This document shows positions 1-13,186 of a stretch of DNA of 64,000 nucleotides, in pieces (position 1 is the stretch's first letter; every line of letters begins with the position of its first letter). Source of the stretch: Chiloscyllium plagiosum (taxonomy: Eukaryota); NCBI RefSeq assembly GCF_004010195.1, contig NC_057711.1, forward strand, positions 82,217,450 to 82,281,449. The letters are read 5' to 3'. The translations under genes and the position numbers were made by a program. The notes under the pieces are model-generated. The model was given only the letters and a program-made list of their open reading frames with translations, did no database searches and was not told where the DNA came from.

Positions 1-93
1 ACTCCACACAGCCAGTCGCCTGAGGCGGGAATTGAACCCGGGTCTCTGGCGCTGTGAGGCAGCAGTGCTAACCACTGTGCCACCGTGCCGCCC
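1..93 (-). mobile_element. HE1-like tRNA-derived V-SINE, 5' part (cut by window edge)
   Basis: Reverse complement begins GGGCGGCACGGTGGCACAGTGGTTAGCACTGCTGCCTCACAGCGCC with B box GGTTCAATTCC; near-identical to the copy at 23170-23488. Confidence 0.85.
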
Positions 94-369
94 ACTCATT
101 CAAGTTGAAGCAGCACTGATTACAGATCAAGGAAAGTTTAACAACAGCAGTTTGAACACATCAACTTTTAAATAAAAGCTTGTACACAGCAAGACAATCT
201 TGTTAGAAAGGGGGTTTCAGGAATTTGATCCAGCTACAGTGGAGGACCAGTGATATCATTGAAAATCAAGATGTTGTATAGGGAGTGAATGCCACAGGTT
301 GTAGATACGATGCCAAAGAGCAGGTTTTGTCCTGGATGGCACTGGGCTTGTGTTGCTGAAGGAACATTT

Positions 370-1285
370 AGAATCATAGAATTGTAGAGATGTACAGGGT
401 GAAATAGACCCTTCAGTCCAACTTGTCCATGTCGATCAGATATTCCAACACAATCTAGTCCCACCTGCCAGCATCCGGTGCATATCCCTCCCAAACCCTT
501 CCTGTTCATATACCCATCCAGAAGCCTTTTAAATGTTGCAATTGTACTAGCCTCCACCACTTCCTCTGGCAGCTCATTCCATACACGTACCACCCTCTGC
601 ATGAAAACATTGCCCCTTAGGTCTCTTTTATATCTTGCCCCTCTCACCCTAAACCTATGCCCTCTAGTTCTGGACTCCCCGACCCCAGGGCAAAGACTTT
701 GCCTATTTATCCTATCCATGCCCCTCATGATTTTATAAATCTCTATAAGGTCACCCCTCAGCCTCCAATGCTCCAGGGAAAACAGCCCTAGCCTATTCAA
801 CCTCTCCCTATAGCTCAAATCCTCCAACCCTGGCAACATCCTTGTAAATCTTTTCTGAACCCTTTCAAGTTTCATAACATCTTTCCGATAGGAAGGAGAC
901 CAGAACTGCATGCAATATTCCAAAAGTGGCCTAACCAATGTCCTGTACAGCCGCAACATGATCTCCCAACTCCTGTACTCAATACTCTGACCAATAAGGA
1001 AAAGCATACCAAATGCCTTCTTCACTACCTATCTACCTGCAATTCCATTTTCAAGGAGCTATGAACCTGCACTCCAAGGTCTTTGTTTAGCAACACTCCC
1101 TACGACCTTACCATTAAGTGTATTAGTCCTGCTAAGATTTTGCTTTCTCAAATGCAGCACCTGGCATTTATCTGAATTAAACTCCATCTGCCAGTTGTCA
1201 GCCCATTGGCCCATCTGATCAAGATCCTGTTGTAATCTGAGGCAACCTTCTTTGCTGTCCACTACACCTCCAATTTTGGTGTCAT
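370..1285 (-). mobile_element. CR1 (HER1-like) LINE 3' fragment, relatively young
   Basis: ORFs 234..1025 and 1059..1262 contain CR1 ORF2 C-terminal motifs (WQMEFN, LVRPLLEYC, LERVQKRFTRMLPGL, RLRGDLIE, WNELPEEVVEA). Confidence 0.92.
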
Positions 1286-1334
1286 AATTTATCTAGACAA
1301 ATGGAAAATATTCTATCATTTAACTGATTTGTAT

Positions 1335-1720
1335 CTTGCAGATTGTGGACAAGCTTTGGAGAGTCTGGAGGCAAGTTGCTCATTGCAGAATGTCTACTGT
1401 TCAACTTGTCTTGTTACCAGATATTTATGTGGTTAGTCCAATTCAGTTTCTGGTCAATGGTAACCCTCAAGGTGTTGAAGGTGGGGGATTCAGTAATGAT
1501 AATGGAATTGAACATCAAGGTGCAATGATGAGATTCTCTTTTGTTGGAGATTGCTATTGTCTTGCACTTAAATGGCAAGTGACACCAAAGCCACACATCA
1601 ACCCAAGCTTGGTTGTTGTCTCTGCCAGGCTGGCTGTAAACACAGACTGCTTCAGTGTCAGGCACTGCAATCATCAGCCATAAGTCTGCATCTGACTTTT
1701 TTGATGGAAGAAAGGTCATT
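1335..1720 (-). mobile_element. Degraded CR1/L2-group LINE fragment (second lineage)
   Basis: ORF 1414..1719 ...ISNKRESHHCTLMFNSIIITESPTFNTLRVTIDQKLNWTNHIN resembles a non-LTR RT thumb region. Related pieces occur at about 14800-15125 (+) and 25895-26462 (+). Confidence 0.65.
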
Positions 1721-2160
1721 GTTTAGGGTGGCAGGGCACCATTGTAAGTAATGCCTGCATTAGAGGTCAATTAGACTGGGGTCTAAGTCTATAGCTGTGA
1801 TAATGTAAATTCTCAGAAACTAGGAGACTAGATTACAAGCCAAACCTGGATTGTCTATGTTTCATACAATAGTTATATTTAATCCATATTAATTTCCCAA
1901 TATCAAGTACACTTGGATACATTAAAGAGGGCTAACTTTCCAGTAGGAATGGAGACACAAAGAAAAATGGAAGAGAAGAATATGTTGATGGGGTTAGGTA
2001 GAAGAGAATGGGAGAACATTGAGAGGGACCACAAATGCAAGTATAGACCTACAGAGGCATATGGCCTCATTATATTTACAAAACAATGTATTATTTAAAC
2101 CTAACATTTTTTGTTTATTCATGGAGCAGCAAATAACTTGTGCCATAACAAAGCTCTTAC

Positions 2161-2276
2161 CCTGGCAGAAGCCCTGGAGCCTCAGTCGACAATGTCTGCA
2201 GGCCTTGCTGAATCTGTAGCAAAGCCTGCATGGCTCTTGGATTTGACATAGCAGACAATGTTTCAGGGTTCTGCAT
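2161..2276 (-). CDS. UBQLN1: Ubiquilin-1 exon 9; gene continues beyond the left window edge
   Basis: TCAG|ATG...CCAGG|GTAAGA, 116 nt: [38 protein letters not shown](G). Confidence 0.95.
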
Positions 2277-2711
2277 CTGAAATTACAAGAACATGGTAGT
2301 TTGCTTAAGGCTGAAAAGTTTGAGTTTCAAACATTTTCTGCATCATGAGTTTTAAGTGACTCCAGCACACACTGCAGCATAGGAACAATTCACCGAATGA
2401 CTGAGTCACATTTGGTGCTAAGTTGCATTACAGAATTAGCAGCTGCACATCTGCATGCCATCAACTCAACAGTTGCACATTCTATCAATGTTTAAGTCAA
2501 ATCAACCTCCCAGAGTATATAAGAAAATGCAAGTTACCACAGATCACTGAATATTGCACCAACGCAGCAGTAAACTTAGGAGGGAAAGGGCACACAAGAT
2601 TGAGAACAAATTTGAATTGCACTGAGAAACATTCAATAAATGGATCTTGGATTTTAGACAGTACCACAATGTTTTGAGAAGTATTAAGAAGTTGATTTAA
2701 CAAGTATAGCT

Positions 2712-2840
2712 GTCACAACCACCTGATGAAGGAGCAGCACTCCGAAAGCTAGTGCTTCCAGATAAACCTGTTGGACTATAACCTGATGTTGAGATTTTTA
2801 ACTTTGTCCATGGCAGTCCAACACTAGCACCTCCAAATCG
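2712..2840 (+). mobile_element. Neptune-type PLE terminal (pLTR) fragment, family A
   Basis: Matches the reverse complement of the 3' end (53790-53880) of the GIY-YIG-bearing element at 53787-55170. Confidence 0.8.
2720..2754 (+). ncRNA. Minimal type-I hammerhead ribozyme motif (intact core), family A
   Basis: cac-CTGATGA-A-GGAG-cagca-CTCC-GAAA-GCTA-gtg: core boxes, 4-bp stem II, palindromic AGCT in place of stem III, and a cac/gtg stem I. Confidence 0.7.
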
Positions 2841-3075
2841 TAATTTAATTGAAGCACTCTCGCAAAGATTAAGCCATTTTATGCATTAATCGCCAATCTT
2901 GGATGTGGATGATCTGTAACAGATCATTTTACTCTAGAGCACTCATACAATTTATATGTAAGTCAACAGCAGCATATATTTACAGGTGGAAATAGTTTAA
3001 TACCTTCCACTTGCTCTCAATCACTAGTAAATTCTGCTTGAGGAAATTAATGAAGCCAGAAACAGACCGATTTAC

Positions 3076-3159
3076 CTGCTGGAGAAAGTTAGGGATCTGT
3101 TGCCTCATTTGGTCTTGTAGCTGAGGGTTGCCGGCAAACAATGGATTGTTCAGCATGAT
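3076..3159 (-). CDS. UBQLN1: Ubiquilin-1 exon 8 (84-nt symmetric exon)
   Basis: GCAG|ATC...[37 protein letters not shown]. Confidence 0.95.
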
Positions 3160-3732
3160 CTGCAATATACAAAGAACTACCTCAGTTCATTCATTTTTTA
3201 AAAATCTTATTTTCTGATATTACTGTTATAATGGAACCTTGTTAACAAATTTGATCAATTTGTTAACTTCATGGAACATGCAATAAGGACATAATGCAGT
3301 GGTTCATGCTAAACATGAACCTAGAAAAAAAATCACTTCAACTTCGATTACACTTTTATAACTGTAATGGAAATATTTTATAATTAAAAGAACGCATTTC
3401 CATTGTTCAACTTTGGAAATGATACTAGCATCTACAAATTAAGTTCTCAGACATATTGAGTTATTCAATGATCGATATGAGACAATGTTACGAAGTATCT
3501 GCTCCCTCCCAACGAGTACTACACAGTCAAACATTAGTTTGCATCTAAACAAAGTGAAGCAATTCCACAAAGTTAGAATAGAAATAAGTACATGTTAAAA
3601 GATCCACAACTGGGAAAGAGATGAGAAAAATGGAAATGTTTCGGAATAGAATTCAAGAACTTAGACTGAGGTAGCCGAAGGCATAATGGCAAAGTGATTA
3701 AAAACAGGTAGGAGATGATGGCTGAGTGATAA

Positions 3733-4720
3733 CAGCTCAGGTTGTAAGTTTGCTCACTGTGCCGCCAGGTTTGTTTTCAGATGTTTCGTCACCATGCTAG
3801 GTAACATCAGTGAGCCTCCAGTGAAGTGCTGGTGTTCTGTCCCACTTTCTATGTATCTTGGTCTGTTGTGGTGGGTGATATCATTTCCAGTTCTCTTTCT
3901 CAGATTGGTAAATGATGTCCAAACTAATGTCTTTATTGATGGAGTTCTGGTTTGAATGCCAGACCTCTAGGAGCAGCAGAACAAAAATACTTATACAGCA
4001 TATTCAAGAAGAACGGGTCCACAATAAACACAGTCCGCTGATTCTTAATCAACAAATCCAAACAAATAGACAACACCCCAGAAACTCTAGCCACAATACT
4101 TTACAAACACATTAGAGATGACTGCTAGACTACTCTGACCCCATGGCATCAGGGTAGCCCACAAACCTACTAAGACACAGAAACAGCTACTGATGAACCT
4201 AAAGGACCCACAATACCAACCACCAGCAAAATGAATGTTATTTACAAAATACCATACAAAAACTGTAACAAACACTACATCAGACAGATAGGCAGAAAAT
4301 TAGCCACCAGGATACACAAACACCAACTAGTCACCAAAAGACATGACCCACTATTACCAGTATCCTATGTACAGACAAAGACGACACCAGTTCAACTGGG
4401 AAAACATATCCATTTTAGGACAGGCTAAACAGAGAAATGCGCAGGAATTCCTAGAGGCCTGGCATTCCAAGTGGAACTCCATCAATAAACACATTGATTT
4501 GGACCTCATTTATCAACCTCAGGGAAAAAAAACAGAAATGTTATCATCCATCTTAAGAGACCAAGGCACAAATAGGAAGTGGGAGAGAACACCAGCGCTT
4601 CACCAGAGGCTCACTAATGTTACCTGGTGATTAAAATGTCTGAAAACAAACTTGCCAGTTCAGCGAGCAAACTTACAACCTGAACCTCAATCTGAGCTAC
4701 AAATCTTCTCAAAAATCACA
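3733..4720 (+). mobile_element. Poseidon-type PLE, 5'-truncated, with inverted terminal copy
   Basis: GIY-YIG remnant NVIYKIPYKNCNKHYIRQIGRKLATRIHKH and FNWENISILGQAKQRNAQEFLEAWHS. 3733-3972 is the reverse complement of about 4449-4690. Confidence 0.85.
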
Positions 4721-4724
4721 TAAC

Positions 4725-4990
4725 AACAATGGACAAATAATCCAGAGGCCCACATAAACGCTTTGGGATTTACAGGTTCAAATCCCACCACAGAAGCTAG
4801 TGAAGTCTTAATTAAGTAATTAAATCTGGATTGGAACCTAATCATCAATAATGATGCCAAATGAGCTAGTACTGATTGGGTGTTTAAAAACTCATCTCAT
4901 TCACTGTTGTTCCTTACAGAAGGGAATTTGCCACCACTATCTGGTTTGGTCTACATGGGACTTTAGATCCATTGTAGTGAAGTCTTAACT
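4725..4990 (+). mobile_element. Degraded tRNA-derived SINE (same family as 12412-12750)
   Basis: B box GGTTCAAATCCC; shared body (taatccaga..., catct..tcact...cctt...gaagggaatttgcc). Confidence 0.55.
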
Positions 4991-5439
4991 TTTAAAAAAA
5001 AACTTATAGGACACGTACATCACTGGCTAAGCCATTTTTAAATGGGCATCCCCAACTGCCATTGAAAAAAGGTGGTTAAGAGCTCACTTCTTCAACCACT
5101 GCAGTCCATATGATGCAAGCGCATACCCAGTATTCTGAGGAAGGGAGTTCCAGGATAGTGATCCAGAGACACTGAAGAAACATTGATATAGTTCAAGTCA
5201 GGCTGTTGGTTGCTTGAAGATAGTAGCGCTCCCATGCATCTGTAACCCTGGTTCTTCTAAAAGGTAGAGGTTGCAAGTTTCATAGGTCCTGTTACAAGAT
5301 CTTTGGAAAGGTCTCACAATGCATCCTATAGATGGTATGCACTGCTACCACTGTTTTCCAGATTAAAAAATGAGTGTTGAAGGTGTTGGATGGGTTGCTA
5401 ATTAAATGGTTACTTTGTATGGTATCTATTTCTGGAATA

Positions 5440-7110
5440 GATTTCTGGCCATTAATTGCAAAATGTCTGCTCTGCCATTCAATGAGATCCTGGCTGATCT
5501 AATAATCCAAATTACAAATTTTTACCCTTTCCCCACTACCCTTGATTCACTTACTGGTTAAAAATCTGTCCAACTCAACCTGAATATGCTTCATGACCCT
5601 GACTCAGCAATCCTCTATAGTAAAGAACAGCATAGATTCACCGCATGTCTGCCTTAAATGGGAATTCTGTATTTTAAGATTAAGCCCTCTCATCCTGGTC
5701 TCTCCCACAAGGGAGAATACGTTTTCACATCTACACTGGCAAGTCCCCAGTGAAAGCTATTTATGTTTCAATAAGATTGAAGTTTAGAACAATGAGATAC
5801 AATGAGTACACACCCAACCCACTCAGCTTCTTCTCCAAGAGGGTTCCTGCATACCTGACATCAGCCCAGTGATTTTCTCTGTACTGTCTCCAATGTCCTC
5901 CTTTCCTCAAAAAGAATTCCAGCTGTGGGCTGACTAGCACCCTGTACAGTTTTAGTAAGGCCTCTGAAGTAGTAAAAGCCAAAATTCCATTTTCCTTCCA
6001 CATTTTCTGGTGAACTTGCATGCTAACTTTTCACATATGCAAGAGGACTCCCAAATTCTTCAGTTCAATGGCTTTGTAGTCCTTCCCTATTTAAATAACA
6101 TTCAGACCCTCTATTCTTCCTGCCAAAGTGCAAAGCCTCATATTTTCCCACATTATATTCTGTCTGTCAGGTTTTTGTGCCCGTTTGCTTAACTTGTCTT
6201 TATCCCTCTGCAGACTCTAATCCTCACCACCTGCATTTTCATCTATTTTTATGCCATTCACAAACCTGATTATAGCACATTGACTTGACAGGTCAATAAT
6301 AATCAACAGTTGCTAAGCATTGATCCCTGTGGCATCCTCTATTAGTTAGCCAACCCTCTATGCTAATATGCTACCTCCAACACTACAGGCTCTTAAGTAG
6401 CCATAAGAATTAACTGCCTTCTGAAATTCCGTATACATTTTGTTCACTATCCTGTTTGTACCCTCCTCAAAGAGATCCATTAAATTTGTTAGGCATGATT
6501 CCCCCTTCATGAAGCCAGGCTGATTCAGATTGATCATATTATGAATTTCAAAATGATTCTATCCTTTATTATAGTCTCCAACATTTTTCCAATAGGATGT
6601 TAAGTTTACAGGCATTTAACTACCTTTTTTTTTGTTTTTCTCCCTTTATAAATAAAATTAAGTTATAAAATTACATTGCCAACTTTCCAATTCTTGGGAA
6701 CTTCTGTTTAAAATAAAAATTCTAGTGCATCCACTATCTGTGCAGTTACTTCTTTTTATATCCTAAGTTGCGCTCATCAAATCTAGGAGACTGATGGGTC
6801 TTTAGCCCCATTCGTTTCTCCAGTACATTCTCCTCTACTGTTAATCATGGTGTTTATTTGCTCTTCTCCTTTTGTCCCTTGATTATTTAGTAATTGTGAA
6901 ATGCTATTAGCATCTTCTACAAAGTACTTATTCAACCCCTTTGCCATTTCTTAGTTCCCCATTGTTATTTCTCCAGCCTCACTCTTTAAAGGGCCTGTGT
7001 CAACATTGGCCATTCTCTTCCTTTTAAATAGTCTTTTGCTGTCCATCTTGATATTATTTGCAAGTTTGCTGTCAAAGTTTACCTTCTCTCTCTCTCTCTC
7101 TCTCTCTATT
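5440..7110 (-). mobile_element. Old CR1 LINE fragment
   Basis: ORF 5761..6021 contains LLKLYRVLVSPQLE; reverse complement shows the QSGFMKGESCLTNL RT motif near 6480-6530. Confidence 0.7.
7085..7107. repeat. (CT)n microsatellite
   Basis: tctctctctctctctctctctct. Confidence 0.9.
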
Positions 7111-7689
7111 ATTAGTTTGGATGGTCTTTTGTTGGTTTAAAAAACACTTTCCCCAATCCTCTGGCTTACCAAAAATCATTGCCACATTTAATACATTTTC
7201 TTTTGATTTTAAGCTATAACTATGCTTGGCTTATCCTCTTCTCACTGGGACATATGTTTTGCTGCAATCCATTAACTATTTTCTGAATTACCTACCATTG
7301 CTGCTCAACTAGTCCTTCCTTCCAGTCCTCCAACTAGCTGTGTCCACATTCCTTTGAAATTACTCTGAAAGTTTATGTCCAGTTTATGTTGTTAGAGTTG
7401 CACTCAAGGTGAGTGAACAGTATTCCACTGCACTTCAGACTTGTGCTTGTAGAGCGTAGGTGGCTGAGGCATGACCTTTCAGAGGTTTATATAATCATGA
7501 GGGGGCGTAGATAAAGGAGAACAGCAAAGATTAAAAAAGGGACCTGAGGAGCAACTTATTCAGAAGGTGATGCCTGTATGGTATGAGTTATCAGATGAGG
7601 TGGTAGAGGCAGGTACAATTACATTTAAAATATATTGGACAGGAAAGGTTTAGAGGGATATGGACGTGGGCTATACGTATTTCGCCAGT

Positions 7690-7965
7690 TCCACCATTTC
7701 CAGCTCCACTCTTCCATCACTCCTCACACTTCCTCATTCCCCATGAGGCATGCCCATGAAATCGCAGATCTAACACTTAGCCATTCATGTGTAACCACAC
7801 CATTCAAAACCCAAAACAAATTCAAAGGTGAAGCAGCATTTTACTTGCACTTCTTTAAATCTAGTCTATCTTATTCACTGCTCACAAATATGGTCTCCAT
7901 TACATTGCTGAGACAAAACAGAGACTTGGTGACTGCAAAACTTTACCTCACTGCAGAATGCCTCC
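7690..7965 (+). mobile_element. Degraded Neptune-type PLE GIY-YIG fragment
   Basis: Frameshifted VKQHFTCTSLNLVYLIHCS...GLHYIAETKQRLGD, homologous to the 59726..60241 ORF. Confidence 0.65.
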
Positions 7966-8329
7966 ACTCTATTTGTTGTAGGATTGTTTACCCTTCTCTA
8001 TTGAATAGAGCTTTTGTGATTTAGCATGCAAGCAGTCCTGTGTAGTTACTTCACGAGGTTGATACCTTAGTTTTAGACAGATCTGGCACTCCTCCTGTAC
8101 CCTTCACTGAACCAGGGTTCATACCCTGGCTTGATGATGATGGTAATGGTAATGGCAGTATGGGGAATATGCGGTGGCTGATCACTTACAGTATCTCCTG
8201 AATTCTATTCAGCCCAAAGCAGGACTAAAGACCTAAAATTAACTTTAAGGGTAATTCAGGATGGGCCTTCCCATCAGCACCCATATCCCATGACATAACT
8301 TACAAAATGATGGATTAAAGGAACATAGA

Positions 8330-9105
8330 TATCAGAGGGGTGTGTGGCTAAAGGAGAATAGAGGAGGAGGAGGATTGGAAAAGAATGAGAATTTTAAAAC
8401 AGAGGCGTTGTCTGATTAGCTGACACCACAGACCAACAAGCAAGTGGGAACACGATTTGGAGACAGGCTGTGCACAGATATTGAGTACACTAAATTAGCA
8501 AACTGAGGGTCATTGGAAAGAGAGTGTGTTGGAATTATTGGGAGTACCACTGACCAGAGTTTCAGCAGATGAACTATGACAGATGTGAAGTGGAAACAGA
8601 TGCTCTAAGTGATGGCATGGATTATGTAGTAGAAGCTCATTCTGAGGCGAAGTATAACTCCCAAGGTTGTGAATATTCGGTTCAGCCTAGAGTTGCCATG
8701 GATAATAATGTCATTCAGAGACTACAAGTTCGTGACAAGGACTAAAATGGTTTTACTTTTCCCAGTGTTTAGTTGGAGGAAAATTTCTGCTTATCCCAAT
8801 TTGGATGTCAGACCATCAATTGACAATTTAAAGACAAAGGAATGGTTTAGACACTGGATGGTGAGGAAGAGATGGATTTGTAGTAACTGGCACTGGGCCT
8901 TCTGTCACTGTGATCAGACAAATAGAAGGGGCCAAGGATTTATCTTTGGGAAACATCAGAAGTATAGCCAGGTGAGAGTAAAAAGATAAGCTTTTACAGT
9001 TAATTCCCTGACTGTGACTAGATAGATATGAATGGAACTCAAAGGCAATCCTGAAGGAAGAGAATGCAGTCAACCTATCAAAGGCTGCAGATGCCCTGCA
9101 CACAA
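8330..9105 (-). mobile_element. Degraded L2 LINE RT fragment
   Basis: ORF 8828..9103 retains SAAFD and FHSYLSSHSQ, remnants of the L2 motifs LSAAFDTVDH and WFxSYLSxRxQ. Confidence 0.6.
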
Positions 9106-10026
9106 TGCCCTTTTACTAAGGCAGGTGAGATGGAGGAAATTTCAAATAGGGGTTCTGATCTAATGGGATATCCAGTAACACCCTTCAGAAATTGTGTACA
9201 CAGTGTTTGATCAGACCAAGATCAAGTTCAGCTGTAATCGAAGTCCACAATCAAGTAACCATGGAGATTTCTAGACTGACATTAAATTTGGACATTTTTT
9301 TTGATTTAATCATCATGTTTCCATATTGTTTCAAGGGGAAAAATTGAGAGAAAAAAAACACTTTTTGATGTGGATTGTGCTGCAAGCAAGAGTGATTATA
9401 AAGTCACAAGCTGAACATGTCAAAATCATAGCAGTTGAAATCACAGGTATCAAGGCTACATATCATGAATTTGCAAAACAATTCAATGCTTATGTTCATT
9501 AGTTTGGACCTTTGAACACCAAAGTCTTAAGTGACCAATTAGTTACCAACATTGAAAATGTAACTGGTTAACCTTGAACTCAAATGCAGTGTAACTTCAA
9601 ATTTCAGACAGTAACAATTTACTAACCAAGAGATGAAAATGTGGTTTGAAATCCCAATCGAGAACATCATCACTTAAGATGGCACTGCACAAGTGTTACA
9701 TTGTTACCTGTGCTTTTGTTTGTATTAGACATTAAACTGAAGCTTGTCTGTTTTAGGTTAATATTAAAAAGCCTGTTGTATTAAAAAGTAGAATAGGGAG
9801 CTTTCCAAATTTTTAGTATCAAGACTCTTCCCTCAACTATCACTGAAAAATAGTAATTTGTCCATCTTAATGCAGTTTATAGAATATTGCTGTAGCAGAA
9901 TGGTGATCACATTTATCTGTTAAATGCTGCACTTTAAGTAAGTCACAGATTATTTCAAAATACAAATGTTATTGTCTGGTACAGTTAATTTATAGAGAAT
10001 ACAATGAGAGATATCTGGGTCTGTAC

Positions 10027-10175
10027 CTGTGCTGCAAGGTCAGGATTCTGACTCAAGGATTGCATTATACTCCTCATGTAAGGCGCTGAGAGCATGTTCT
10101 GCATGAGTTGTGGGTTTTCTGTGATCTGCTGCAATAAGCTCTGCATACCTGGTGTGTTGAACATACCAGATCCTG
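10027..10175 (-). CDS. UBQLN1: Ubiquilin-1 exon 7 (STI1 region; start 10175 or 10172, tandem acceptor)
   Basis: CACAG|CAG|GA...CAG|GTACAG: (A)[49 protein letters not shown]. Confidence 0.93.
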
Positions 10176-10822
10176 CTGTGAAAAAGATCATTTAATAAGT
10201 TTAGGACTTCACAAATGTAGGTAGGCAATGGATGTTCCAGTAGGTTGCCCCTGGAACTGAGCTCCTACTCCCAGGATTAGCACACCAGTGGTGCAGGTAT
10301 GGGAGAGGTAAAGAGGGAGGGAATAAAAAAATAGGAAAACATCATGTGTGTAAGAGATACAGCTGGAAAGGGAAAGAGAAAAGGAAACAGAATAAGAAAT
10401 ATACTTATCAGGAGATGCCTGCCATTAAGAAATACCAAATTATCACTTGGCACTGCTGCATACAATCACTGCGCCACAGCAGAGGAGAGTTCTCAAGAAG
10501 GATGATGCAATGTCTTTTTAAAAAGATTTGTTATATTAAGAACTTCTTTGTAGTGCACTGCAAGCCTTTGGAACCTTTTCTTTTGAGGCATCAAAATATT
10601 AAACTATTTTTGAAAAATTGAGTTGTCGCTCGTTAATACAGTTTCCTTTGCAAGACAAATTTAACAAAAAACAAATGCAATTCTAGCATGTACTGGCTTG
10701 TATTCAATTTAATAAATTCATTAAATGAAGTTATCATTTTTTGCAATTTATGGTTTTAAAAATGTAAAGAAACAGAGCCAAATGAATGCTTACACTCTCG
10801 TGAGCTCACAAAGGATCTTTAC

Positions 10823-11012
10823 CTCCCAATCCAGCTCCTAGACTGGACGCTGTAGATTGACTGGTAGTTCCACTTGTGGTTGTACTTGTAGGTGTCTGTG
10901 CACTTGACAGGGGAGCCCAGGGATTAGGCAAAGGGTCTCGATTCTCTGTGCGTAATGGCTGATTACCTCCGTCAGGATTACTTACTAAGGATGCAAAGGG
11001 ATTGCCCCCAAA
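10823..11012 (-). CDS. UBQLN1: Ubiquilin-1 exon 6
   Basis: CTAG|TTT...GGAG|GTAAAG, 190 nt: [63 protein letters not shown]. Contains the ubiquilin [11 protein letters not shown] motif. Confidence 0.93.
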
Positions 11013-12411
11013 CTAGAGTAAAAATGAAACACAATTTAGACCTCACAAAGATCATATTTCAACTTACTGACATCAAAAACATAGCTCAAGCTTCATTTAA
11101 ATGTTGCCAACATCCTGTACCATCCCATTCAAGATTTGAAACTTAAAAAGCCCGAGAATCAATTTTCAAACTGGTGGCAACAGTTTACTTTTGGAAGCTA
11201 ATTTAACCACCAACAAAAAAAAAACTGCTTTTGTTTTGGGACAAAACATCACAACTTCAAAAACTGGGTTACCAAATTTTTGTTTTAAAGTTTCAAATTT
11301 CATGTATGCACAAGATATGATTTGCTGACTAAAATGTTCTTTTTCAAACATAAATTTTTAGCAAATCATTTTGGCAAAATATCATTTGGAAAATTGCTTA
11401 TTCCTTGATTTAACTCAAAACTTTTGATAATTTAGCCACTTGTTTGCAAAACAGCTTTATGGATTTTGGTTTTACAACAGGCTCTTATAGTTGGGAGGTT
11501 TGAGCAACAGGATATATTTAGTAAACAAATTATGGTATTCATGTATTGAATATGGAGTAGATTACTACAATTGAAATAATTTATTCCCTTCAGTTGATCG
11601 AGATATGAGGAGTCTCTACTAGTTCAACATCAACTACACGTGGTTTCTTCCCCGAACACAAATTTGGCGAATTCATTGTTTCATGTATCCATTGAGTCCA
11701 TAAGTATGACTCTGAACTTCTTGGTCACTAGCTATTTCAGACCTCAACTTTGCAGATGTCCAGTCAAGTTCAAGGAGCGCCATATCATCTTTTAAAAGAT
11801 GCATTTTACAATCTTCCAGCTTTAACATGAGTTAACAATTTCAGATCACAATGAGAGTTTCAGTTTTTTTCTGACAACTCTTCCAGACTCATCTCTAGTT
11901 TCTTTAGATTTCATATTGCCTTTTTGTCTTCCACCATCATTCATGTCACCTTATCATTGCCATCCTCCATTCTCACACAACTATTACAACTTGTCTTGCC
12001 TTTTTTTCCTGCCTGTGCGTTAAAAGAATTGGTACATCTCTCCACAATTGCTGCCTGACCTGAATATTCACAGCATTTTTGGCTTTATTTCAGGTTTACA
12101 GCAACTATAGAATTGCTTGAGAGTTAACATTTCATATATACACAATTAGCTTTTTGCATTTACATAGAAATGTAATCTTAGAATCATAACACACAACGTA
12201 GCCATTTAGCCCATTAAATCTATGGCATATTGACAAATGGAACATATACTGCAAAGACCAGGGTCAGATGTTGTACAGCTAGATGCAGAATAATGATATC
12301 CATGTGCCTCAGCCCAAACTTAAGAAGGATGCACCTAGTTCTGGAGTGAATTAGTTTTCTACATGAATCTTCTTCAATGTGCAGTAATCTCTTGTAGCTT
12401 ATTTGGGGAGC

Positions 12412-12750
12412 TCTGGTACAGTGGTAATTTTACTTGACGAGTAATCCAGAACCCAAACTGATGCACTTTGTAGCCGGGTTTGAATCCCACCGGAAGCTGA
12501 ATCCAATAAAAGCCCAATGACAATCACATAACCATTGTTGATTGTGCAAAAACCCATCTGATCCACAAATGACCTTTAGGGAAAGCAATCTGCTGTCTTT
12601 TCTTGACTTGGTCCACACGTGACTCCAGACCAACAGCACTGTGGCACTTAACTGCCCTATGAAGTGGTCTAGGCAGTCAATCAGTTCAAAGAGAGCCAGG
12701 GATGAGCAAAAGATGGTCTTGCCAATGACACCAACATCCCACACAAGAAT
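12412..12750 (+). mobile_element. tRNA-derived SINE, near full length
   Basis: A-box-like TGGTACAGTGG and B box GGTTTGAATCCC. The 3' end (gccaatgacaccaacatccca) resembles the LINE 3' end at about 26430-26462. Confidence 0.6.
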
Positions 12751-13186
12751 TTTCTTTAAAAAATCATTTGCCCTCAGTCTTTAAATAAAGCAGCACTCAA
12801 TTAACAAAAAAAAGGTATATATTATTTTTAAAAACCCGAATACTTTGTTTCAGGAATGAGGGAAAAGAGGATGTCAGTGCGGAGAAACAATTTACAATTC
12901 AGGCTAAAGGCAATTTTGTTTGTGAACAAATAGTATTGACTCATCCATTATTCAAGTAATGTGCACAGAACAGACAGGAACCAAAAACTCTGAAAAGAGA
13001 ATATTTCTTTGAAGCGTCATTAGAAATACTAAAACTTGTAGTGTCATCCAACTTGGATTTAAAAAGACCAAGCATTAACCTTTTTGAAGATTGTTGGAAA
13101 CTATCAGAATTGCCTATTTAATCTCAATTCAAATTTATCCAAGTCTGCAACTGAATATTTAAAATAAAAAAAAAATCAGAGATAAA

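Noticed and set aside
234..1025. Longest ORF in the track (263 aa) as a host gene
   Set aside because: It is the CR1 ORF2 C-terminus reading through into flanking DNA; near-identical copies occur at about 29.0, 38.6-39.2, 50.5 and 62.3 kb.
10980..10988. Internal GTAAGT donor-like site within exon 6
   Set aside because: Dictated by the Val-Ser codons; using it would frameshift, and nothing supports its use.
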